A DNA stretch of 31,404 bases from an uncultured Chloroflexota bacterium. Its GTDB lineage: Bacteria > Chloroflexota > Dehalococcoidia > UBA2979. Each line of letters opens with the position of its first letter. Positions within the stretch are counted from its first letter, which is position 1. This document shows, piece after piece, positions 16,542 to 24,172 of this stretch. Location of the stretch: contig CADEHD010000002.1 in NCBI GenBank assembly GCA_902827055.1, positions 1-31,404 on the forward strand, read 5' to 3'. The notes below the pieces were generated by a model, which saw only the letters and a list, made by a program, of their open reading frames with translations, had not been told where the DNA came from and did not search any database. The position numbers and the translations under genes are program-made.

Positions 16542-17471
16542 CTACGCGCGCCCGCCGCTCAGGAAGGTCGCCGGGGCCGTCACCAGCATGTCATCGATGG
16601 CGGACGCGGGCACGCCGAGCGCCAGCAGTCGAGCTCGCACGTCGGTCGGGACGTAGCAGTAGGTGCTGCGCCCCTCGTGGGGCGGGTGAGGCCGCCAATC
16701 CCACTCCGGCACGTGGTCGTGAGAGAGGATGATGCGCCGCGCGTGCCCCTCGGCGCAGAGCGTCGCGATGGCGCGCAGGGCCTCCTCCTGGCCATCGCGC
16801 CCCGGCTTGAACTGGTCGATCGAGACGTAGCGACCGCTCCCCACGACCCGTCGGAGGTAGTCGACGTCGCCCGTGAGCGCATGGCCGATGGCCGCGAGGT
16901 GGGGCGCCAGCCCCTCGTCATCGAAGATGCGCATCTGGTCGATGCCGATGTCGTACGGGGCGGTGTGGGTCGTGATCGGCACGCTCGTCTGTGCCGAGGC
17001 GCGCGCCGCCGCTCGCAGGACGCGCTCCTGCACCTCGCCCATGCCGACCGCGCGGCTGGTGGCGACCTTGATGACGCCTGCACGGATCGTGGTGTCCGCG
17101 ATCCCCTCGTCGATCTCGCGCACGAAGACCGCCGCGATCTCATCCACGCTCGCCGCAGCGAACCACCGGGGGATGTCCATCCAGATTCCCGTGCACGCGA
17201 TCACGTGCACGCCGGAGCGGCGCGAGATGGCCTCGTACAGGCGCACGTCCCGCCCGAGGTCTGGCGGGCTCACGTCCACGATCGTTCGGACGCCGACCTC
17301 GTACGCCTGCACGAGCTCGGCGCTGACGTGCTCGATGATCGACTCGCGGTCATAGAGCCACGGGTACTGGTGTGGCAGCGCCGGGGACGCCAGGGCGAGG
17401 TGCTCGTGGCCGAGGGTGATCCCCAGCGCCGTGTGCTCGACCGGTCCGGTTACCGTCTGCACCAGGGTCAT
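16542..17471 (-). CDS. Phosphotriesterase-family (Php/PTE-like) metallohydrolase
   Basis: GITLGHEHL, GVIKVA, PITTHT, IGHA, ILSHDH metal-ligand pattern; GGAGGAGG RBS. Confidence 0.9.
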   Translation of the reverse strand: MTLVQTVTGPVEHTALGITLGHEHLALASPALPHQYPWLYDRESIIEHVSAELVQAYEVGVRTIVDVSPPDLGRDVRLYEAISRRSGVHVIACTGIWMDIPRWFAAASVDEIAAVFVREIDEGIADTTIRAGVIKVATSRAVGMGEVQERVLRAAARASAQTSVPITTHTAPYDIGIDQMRIFDDEGLAPHLAAIGHALTGDVDYLRRVVGSGRYVSIDQFKPGRDGQEEALRAIATLCAEGHARRIILSHDHVPEWDWRPHPPHEGRSTYCYVPTDVRARLLALGVPASAIDDMLVTAPATFLSGGRA

Positions 17472-17518
17472 GGCGCCACCTCCTCCGGTGCACTCCCACC
17501 CGTCCTCAAGACCTGAAG

Positions 17519-18361
17519 CTACGTGCGCCCGGTGGCGGGACCGACGACCTCGCGCTCCGCGAGCCCCAGTCCGACGCGCATCGCGCAGCAGTGCATCATC
17601 AGCGTCGCTGTCGCCGGCAACTCCGCGTCGATGACCGCGCGAGCCCGGTCGAGGTCGTCCGGACTCGCCCCACGCGCCAGCAGCGAGGCACGATCGACCT
17701 CGATGGGCGCGGCCAGGAATCGTGACGACGAGCGCGCGTAGAAGTAGAGCGCCCGCCCCCGCTGGCGAAACAGGGGATACGCACCCAGGTGCTGCAACTC
17801 ATCCCACGCCACCCGCAGGTAGCCCGGCCAGACGGCGACCGCTCGATAGAGGTCGGGCACTGACGTCACCTGCAGCGCCTCGCGAACCTCCGGAAGTGGC
17901 CCCGCCTGCTCCGAGGCGAACTCCACCGGCACCGCCAGGTGGCTCGCCTCGCGCTCAGAAGTCTCGCGCGGATCCGGGCGCCCCTGCCCACCGACTCGCG
18001 GGGAGTCCCAGCCCTCGGCCAGCGCGGCCAGCAACAGCAGCAGCTGGGGCTGCAGCCAGTGGAACACGTCGAGCACGTGCTCGAGCTGCGCGAGGTCCGC
18101 AGTTGTGAGCGCGCCCCCGAGAAGTGACTCGCGCGACAGGATCGGCTGGTACACGTCCTCGACGGCGTCGAGCGCCATGTCGGACATGTACAGCGCACTG
18201 CCGAGAAAGCCCGCGGTGGCGACGGACGGCGCGAGCTGGGGCCAGACGAGATCGAAGTACGAGGTGCACTCGGCAAGGCGAGCGAGCGGCGTCGGGACGA
18301 ACGGCGCACGCAGCGCCTGAGCAGCCGCGTCGACCAGCCGGGGTCCGGTCATGCCACTCAT
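17519..18361 (-). CDS. DehI-family (group I alpha-haloacid dehalogenase)-like protein, 280 aa
   Basis: Two internal repeats: ALRAPFVP...YFDLVWPQL and PDLYRAVAVWPGYLRVAWDEL. VLDVFHWLQPQLLLLLAALAE...VGG matches the DehI pattern as I recall it. TATCCT 6 nt before ATG 18361. Confidence 0.72.
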   Translation of the reverse strand: MSGMTGPRLVDAAAQALRAPFVPTPLARLAECTSYFDLVWPQLAPSVATAGFLGSALYMSDMALDAVEDVYQPILSRESLLGGALTTADLAQLEHVLDVFHWLQPQLLLLLAALAEGWDSPRVGGQGRPDPRETSEREASHLAVPVEFASEQAGPLPEVREALQVTSVPDLYRAVAVWPGYLRVAWDELQHLGAYPLFRQRGRALYFYARSSSRFLAAPIEVDRASLLARGASPDDLDRARAVIDAELPATATLMMHCCAMRVGLGLAEREVVGPATGRT

Positions 18362-18404
18362 GGCCGGAGGATACTCGAATCCCCGGGACCGCCGAGTGAC
18401 GTGC

Positions 18405-20369
18405 CTACCCGGCCTTCGAAGCGTGCACGACGCGCCACCCCCGCTCGACCCCCGCGAGGGCCAGGGCCGCCGCCGCCAGGCCCAGCAGCAGGAGCCACCC
18501 GCGACTCGCGCTCGGGGCCAGCGTCGCGAGGTGCGCCGGCGCCGGGTGTTCGAGGGGTGCCAGCGAGTCCTCGATGCGCCCCGGGCTGGGGTTCGCGGAG
18601 TGCGTGGCATCGACGAACGAGCCATCGTCGGTGAAGCGCCGCAGGATCGACCTCCCGGCAGGGGGCGCCGTCAGCTCGGGAAGCCCGGTGGCGTGGGTGC
18701 GGTCCGAACCCCACGAGACCGCATCGACCGTGACGCCTCCGGGCGCCTGCAGCGCCAGGCGGTCGCCCGCGTTGCCGAGTCCGTTCGAGAAGCCACGCTC
18801 GAACGTGTGCACCAGCACCGCAGCACCGACATCGGCGCGCGAAGCACGCAAGACGAGCACCCCGCCAGCCTCGAGGGTCAGCGCGGGCAGCGAGACCGCC
18901 CCGGCGTTGTCGATGGCCACGTAGCCCTCGAGGTTCGCCGCCTCCCGCGCCAGGTTCGCGACCTCGAACCACTCGTAGTCCGCGTCCGGCCCCGGCTCCG
19001 AGGGGTCCGCCATGACCTCGGTGATGCGGAGCACGGTGCCCCGTGCGCCGGTGGCCGCCAAGGGCTCCCCGCCCGCTGGCCCGGCGGCCATCGCGCCCGC
19101 GACAGGGTGAGTGGCGACGCCACCGGCGACCGGCGGCCCCTCCAGCGCTCCCGGCGGCGCACCACGCCCGTTCGCGCCCGCGGACAGGGGCACCGTCGGT
19201 GCGGCCGTGGCAATCGAGGCCATCGGGGTGGGGGTCGCCGAGGGGGAGGGCGTCGCAGTGGCGCGCGCCTCGGCGGGGCCGAACCGCACGTCGTCAGCCT
19301 CGAGCGTGGCGGTCGCCGCCGAGGCTGGGCGAACCATGAGCCGCACGCGGGCGCTGTGCGCCTCGGCGGGCGCGCGCACCGCCTCCATCGCGACGACCCC
19401 GCCACCACCGGGCGGCCCGGGGGAGTCGTCCACGGACAGCTGGCTGCCCGTCGCGTCCTCCGAGGCATACCAGGCCACACGAAGCCACGCCTCACTGCCC
19501 GGCGAGGGGGCAAGCCACGCGGCCGCCGAGTACCACTCGCCCGGACTCACGCGCACCGCCTGTTGGAGCCACTTCGTCGAGGACGACGAGGACGTCAGCA
19601 CGGCAATCGCACCGGTGCGCCCACGCCCCAGCGTGGCGGACCCACCCTGCGCGGCCCACGCGTACAGGCCGCGCGCGTCCTCGAAGTCCCCGTTCACGAG
19701 CGTACCGAATACGGCCGGAACCGCCGCCGCGGTCGCCGTGGGCGACGGCGTTGGCGTTCGCGTGGGACTCGGGGTGACCGGCGGAGTCCCGAGGGGCGTT
19801 GGCGTCGACGTCGGGGTGGGCGAGCTCACCGTGCCAGCTCCCGGCGGGGTCGTCGTGCGTGCGGTCGTCACCGTCACGCCATCGACGAGCACGCCCGCAC
19901 CGAGGCGCGCCGGCACGGCTGCGAGCCGGACGCGCGCGCTCGCCACGTCGGGTGGCAACACCAGGGAGACCTCCACGCGGCTGTATCCGGCAGTGGCCGG
20001 TGGGGACGCAGCGCGTCCGCGCAGCACAGCCGGCGCGGAGCTGAGTGCCTCGAGGTGGAGCTGGACGCGGTCGACCTCGGAGGGGTCGGCGCGCACCCAC
20101 GCGGACACCGTGAGCGTGTCGCCGGCACCCGTGCCATCGAGGGGAACGGCGCCGCGCAGCTGGACCTCGTGCGTGCTCGTGGCGACAAGGCGGCCCGCGC
20201 TCGCACCGGAGTGCGCGGGGCCCCCCAGCTCGAGGCGCCCGTTGACGGCGGACCAGCCGGCGCCCCCCGCCTCGAAGTCCCAGTCTGGAGGCGACTGCGC
20301 GAATGACGCGGTCACGCCGAGGGACGCGAGCAGCCAGAGAGACACAACCAGGACGAGGTGGCGCAGCAT
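18405..20369 (-). CDS. Secreted, C-terminally anchored protein: two CBM4/9-like domains plus a lamin-tail domain
   Basis: Signal peptide; DWDFEAGG.GW and NGDFEDA...W jelly-roll starts; Pro/Thr linkers; LRITEVMADP...EWFEVAN and GLGNAGD (lamin tail); C-terminal TM with a basic tail. Confidence 0.8.
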   Translation of the reverse strand: MLRHLVLVVSLWLLASLGVTASFAQSPPDWDFEAGGAGWSAVNGRLELGGPAHSGASAGRLVATSTHEVQLRGAVPLDGTGAGDTLTVSAWVRADPSEVDRVQLHLEALSSAPAVLRGRAASPPATAGYSRVEVSLVLPPDVASARVRLAAVPARLGAGVLVDGVTVTTARTTTPPGAGTVSSPTPTSTPTPLGTPPVTPSPTRTPTPSPTATAAAVPAVFGTLVNGDFEDARGLYAWAAQGGSATLGRGRTGAIAVLTSSSSSTKWLQQAVRVSPGEWYSAAAWLAPSPGSEAWLRVAWYASEDATGSQLSVDDSPGPPGGGGVVAMEAVRAPAEAHSARVRLMVRPASAATATLEADDVRFGPAEARATATPSPSATPTPMASIATAAPTVPLSAGANGRGAPPGALEGPPVAGGVATHPVAGAMAAGPAGGEPLAATGARGTVLRITEVMADPSEPGPDADYEWFEVANLAREAANLEGYVAIDNAGAVSLPALTLEAGGVLVLRASRADVGAAVLVHTFERGFSNGLGNAGDRLALQAPGGVTVDAVSWGSDRTHATGLPELTAPPAGRSILRRFTDDGSFVDATHSANPSPGRIEDSLAPLEHPAPAHLATLAPSASRGWLLLLGLAAAALALAGVERGWRVVHASKAG

Positions 20370-20701
20370 CCGTGCTCCGCGGAGTGCCGACGCCCCCGGC
20401 CTCGTTCCGTCGATGGTTACTCCGGGGGCGACAGCGGCCCCGATGCTAACCCGGGGACCGCCGCGACAGTCAGGTTCGCGTCAACAGCCTGTCGACAGAT
20501 GTATGCACCTGTCGCCATGCGAACTGATCACCCGTTTACGCAAGTGCCTGCTTGTGAGACTCTTCTCCTCGAGGTGCGGGGACCTCACTCGAGGGTTGGC
20601 GTATGTCCAGGCGCCGTTCCTCAGTCGGCTCGCGCTCCTTGTGGCAATTCTCCCCGGCGCGGGGAGCGCGAGCGGTAGGCGGGATCGCTCACGGCCAAAT
20701 A

Positions 20702-20732
20702 CAAAGCGGGCTGCCACTGGCAGCCCGCTTTG
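20702..20732 (-). terminator. Intrinsic terminator of ccr (possibly bidirectional)
   Basis: CAAAGCGGGCTGCCA-C-TGGCAGCCCGCTTTG is a perfect 15-bp inverted repeat. On the minus strand the stem runs into TTTGTATTT. It lies 27 nt past the ccr stop. Confidence 0.85.
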
Positions 20733-20759
20733 GTGTCCGGAACCGGGCGAGAGTAGGCG

Positions 20760-22013
20760 CTACGCAGGCACGTCAGTCAGGCCAGCCCGAGGCGAGTTGA
20801 CCAGGATCGCCATGTTTCCGGGCGCGTGCTTGTTCTCGTGCATCAGCTGGTGGCTGCGCCCGACCTCGGAGAACGCGAACGTCTCGGAGAGCACGGGGTC
20901 GATCCGCCCCTCGACCACCATCTGGTTGAAGGCCGCGCACTGCTCGGTGTTGGCGAAGTGGGAGCCCTGCAGGCGCTTCTGGCGCATCCAGAGGTAGCGC
21001 AGGTCCACGTCGGCGTTGTATCCGGACGTGCCGGCGCAGATGACGACCATGCCGCCGTTGTCCACCATGAACACCGAGGTCGGGACGGTTGCCTCGCCCG
21101 GGTGCTCGAACACCAGCTTGGGGCTCTTCCGCTCGCCGAGAACCTCCCAGAACTTCGCCCCGAAGGCACGCGCGCCCTGCATCCACGTCGCGAACGCCGC
21201 CGCGTCGTCCACGTCCGGCAGGCGGCCCCAGTGGTTGAAGTCCTTGCGGTTGATCACGCCCTTGGCACCGAGCTCGAGGCAGAACTCGTACTTGTTCTCC
21301 TCGGAGACCACGGCGACGGGCACGCCGCCCGCCTCGCGGACGAGCTGGATCGCCATCGAGCCGAGGCCGCCGGCGCCGCCCCAGATCAGGACCGGGTCGC
21401 CCTCGTGCACGACGTGGGGCTCCCAGCCATGGAGCATGCGGTACGCGGTGGCGCCCACGAGCATGTAGGCGGCTGCAGCCTCCCACGTGAGGTGGGTGGC
21501 CTTCGGGAAGCACTGGTAGTGGTCCACCCGGGTGAACTGGGCGAAGGACCCGTAGTTGGTCTCGTAGCCCCAGATCCTGTTCGAGGAGGACATGATGGGG
21601 TCCATGCCCGCCTGGATGTCGGGGGCGTTCTCGTCCCACATCCCACAGGACATCACTACGTGGTCGCCGACCTTGACGTTGGTGACCTCGTCGCCGATCG
21701 CCCAGACGATGCCGGAGGCGTCCGACCCGCCGATGTGGAAGTCCTCGGGCTCGCCGGCGCGATTGCGCGCCGCGATGACGTTGACGGGGGTGCCGAGAGC
21801 GGCCCAGACGTTGTTGTAATTCGTCCCGGCGGCCATCACCCAGACCAGCACCTGCCGAGGACCGATCTCCGGAACGTCCACCACCTCGATCTTGAAGGCG
21901 TCCTCGGGGCGGCCGAAGCGCTCCGCGCGAATCAGGGACGCGTACATCTGCTTCGGCACATGCCCCAGCGGAGGCATCTCCCCGATCTCGTAGAGGTCTT
22001 TCACTTCGGGCAC
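20760..22013 (-). CDS. ccrA: Crotonyl-CoA carboxylase/reductase
   Basis: [55 protein letters not shown]. Start GTG 22013 with RBS. Confidence 0.92.
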   Translation of the reverse strand: MPEVKDLYEIGEMPPLGHVPKQMYASLIRAERFGRPEDAFKIEVVDVPEIGPRQVLVWVMAAGTNYNNVWAALGTPVNVIAARNRAGEPEDFHIGGSDASGIVWAIGDEVTNVKVGDHVVMSCGMWDENAPDIQAGMDPIMSSSNRIWGYETNYGSFAQFTRVDHYQCFPKATHLTWEAAAAYMLVGATAYRMLHGWEPHVVHEGDPVLIWGGAGGLGSMAIQLVREAGGVPVAVVSEENKYEFCLELGAKGVINRKDFNHWGRLPDVDDAAAFATWMQGARAFGAKFWEVLGERKSPKLVFEHPGEATVPTSVFMVDNGGMVVICAGTSGYNADVDLRYLWMRQKRLQGSHFANTEQCAAFNQMVVEGRIDPVLSETFAFSEVGRSHQLMHENKHAPGNMAILVNSPRAGLTDVPA

Positions 22014-22053
22014 GGGTCCCCCTTCACAGGACAAGCCGCGGCAAGCGGCGTCG

Positions 22054-22084
22054 GATTCGAATCTGGAGCGGCGCAATCCTAGCA
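22054..22084 (-). promoter_or_regulatory. ccr extended -10 (TG-C-TAGGAT) followed by the palindrome GATTCGAATC
   Basis: TAGGAT at 22081-22076 on the minus strand; perfect 10-bp palindrome at 22054-22063 just downstream of the predicted start site. Confidence 0.55.
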
Positions 22085-22310
22085 TTCCGCGGGGGCCCTC
22101 CACAGAGCCGCGCCCGCCCTCGGGACCCGCCGGGATGACGTACCGATCCGCCCGCCGGATCCGGCGTTGGAGCCTTCGGGGGGCACGTCTGTGCGTCGAT
22201 AATGACGTGTGTGTGAGGACCGTCGGGGAGGCGTGCGCGTCCCGACACCGACATCGACCGTCTGCGTGGATCGCGAGCGAGCTCGCGACCGACGGGCATG
22301 GGCAGGGAAC

Positions 22311-24152
22311 GTGGACCGGACGCTCGTCCGCCAGCTTCGCGCACTCGGGATCGACCCCGATCAACCGGTGGCGTCGCCGGAGGTGCTGGCGCGCCTGCTG
22401 GGGCGCATCAGCACCACGTACGCCATCCAGCGTGCGCTGCGCGCGAGGTTGCGCGAGCCCGCCCAGCCGGACTCCGCGAGCGAGCCCGAATCCACAGGTG
22501 TGCGGTTCGAGCGCTTCTTCGAACTCGCGAGTGACGCGATGTTCACGGCCACCCTCGATGGGTACATCACCTCAGCCAACCAGGCGCTCGCGGACATTAC
22601 CGGCATCGAGCGCAGCGCCCTCATCGGCAGGCCCTTCGCCAGCATCGCCACTGGCTCCTCGCTGGAGGGCATGCTCGCAATGCGGCGCGCCATGTTCCGC
22701 GAGCGCGACAGCGTCACGCGCTACGAGGTGGACCTGTTGCGCGCCGATGGCGGCGTGGCGCACGTCGAGCTCGCCACGCAGTTCGCGCGGTTGGGCGGGC
22801 GACCGCACGAGATCCTCGGGGTCGCGCGCGACATCGGCGAGCGGCGAGCCCGCGAGGTGGCGCTGCGCGAGCAGGCGGAGCGGGATGCGCTGACCGGCCT
22901 CCCGAACCGGATGCGCCTCCTCGCCGAGCTCGAAGAGACCATCGCGGAGCTGCCGGACGCCACCGGGGCGCTGGCGATGGTGGACCTCGATCGGTTCAAG
23001 GAGATCAATGACAACCTCGGCCACGAGGCCGGCGACCGTGTCCTCGTAGCCGTCGCGCGCGCGATGGAGCGCGTCGCGGCGCCGCACACCGTGGCCCGCA
23101 TCGCGGGGGACGAGTTCGTGGTGCTGATGCACCGGGTTACGCCTGGCGAGGCCACGGCGGTGGCGGAGCGGCTGCGTACCGCGGTGGCCGACACGCAGGT
23201 CCCCGCCCGAGGCGACCACATCCGTCCCGAGGTCAGCATCGGCGTGGCGATGATCAGCCGGCGCGCCACGCCCCAGGCCATCCTCGCGGCTGCGGACGCG
23301 ATGCTCTACGAGGCGAAGCAGACCGGGCGCAACTGCGTCGTCGTGGAGGCGACTTCCGACCGGCATCGTCGCGATTTCGACGACTTCCTGCTGGCCGACC
23401 AGGTGTTCGAGGCGATCGGCGACGACCGACTCGACCTCGCGTTTCAGCCGATCGTGAACCTCGCGACCGGGGAGCCGGAGGCCCATCGGGCAGTACTGCG
23501 GATGAGGCACCACGACGGCACGGTCACGTCGCACGACGCGTTCGCCAACGCGATGGATCGCGTGGGCGCGCTCCCAACGGTCGATCGCTGCTCGGCGGCG
23601 CTCGTGCTGCAGGCGCTGCGCGACCATCCGACGCTGCGCATCGTCCTGCGCATCTCCGCGGCGACGGTCGCCGACGGCGAGCTCTTCGAGGTCATCGAGG
23701 AGGCGCTGCGCGACCACCCCGACGCGGCCCCTCGCCTCGTCATCGAGATTGCCGACCTCACACCCGCGCCGGACCAGGAGGCGCGCCGCAGCACGCTGGA
23801 GCGCCTCCGACGTCGCGGCTGCGGCATCGCGCTGTGTGAATCCGGCACTGGCAGCAGCGTGCTCAGCATCGCCCGCGAGGTGCCTCTCTCGGCGATCACG
23901 TTCGGGGCCATGCTGACGCAGTCGCTGCCGGACAGCTCGCTCAGCCGCGCGGTGGCGTTCGCGGCGCGCTCGATGGCGGACGCGCTCGGCATCGAGACCA
24001 TCGCCGACGGCATCGACACACCGGAGCACCTGGCCGTGGCTCGGGAACTCGGGATCCGGCTGGGAGCGGGTGCACTCCTCGGCCGCGTCACCCGGCTCCC
24101 GGTCGCCCTGGTGGCGCGAGGCGACGCTGTGCAACTCGCCGAGGCGAGCTAG
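22311..24152 (+). CDS. PAS-GGDEF-degenerate EAL signalling protein
   Basis: PAS (FELASDAMF...SANQA), [39 protein letters not shown] motifs are eroded ([19 protein letters not shown]). Start re-picked at GTG 22311. Confidence 0.88.
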   Translation: MDRTLVRQLRALGIDPDQPVASPEVLARLLGRISTTYAIQRALRARLREPAQPDSASEPESTGVRFERFFELASDAMFTATLDGYITSANQALADITGIERSALIGRPFASIATGSSLEGMLAMRRAMFRERDSVTRYEVDLLRADGGVAHVELATQFARLGGRPHEILGVARDIGERRAREVALREQAERDALTGLPNRMRLLAELEETIAELPDATGALAMVDLDRFKEINDNLGHEAGDRVLVAVARAMERVAAPHTVARIAGDEFVVLMHRVTPGEATAVAERLRTAVADTQVPARGDHIRPEVSIGVAMISRRATPQAILAAADAMLYEAKQTGRNCVVVEATSDRHRRDFDDFLLADQVFEAIGDDRLDLAFQPIVNLATGEPEAHRAVLRMRHHDGTVTSHDAFANAMDRVGALPTVDRCSAALVLQALRDHPTLRIVLRISAATVADGELFEVIEEALRDHPDAAPRLVIEIADLTPAPDQEARRSTLERLRRRGCGIALCESGTGSSVLSIAREVPLSAITFGAMLTQSLPDSSLSRAVAFAARSMADALGIETIADGIDTPEHLAVARELGIRLGAGALLGRVTRLPVALVARGDAVQLAEAS

Positions 24153-24172
24153 ACGGCGACCGCGACGGCCAT

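Noticed and set aside
18405-18560. Canonical LPxTG sorting signal
   Set aside because: No such motif precedes the TM helix.
19700-19870. Short tandem-like repeats
   Set aside because: They encode the Pro/Thr linker (TPTPT) of the surface protein.
20481-20717. 78-aa ORF, known riboswitch, 6S/SRP/tmRNA in the intergenic region
   Set aside because: No RBS or coding-like bias, and none of the conserved RNA signatures I know were found; a covariance-model search is needed.
14811-21639. Long ORFs 14811..17516, 18351..20306, 19111..20997 and 20773..21639
   Set aside because: Antisense or off-frame to well-supported genes; compositionally typical shadows.
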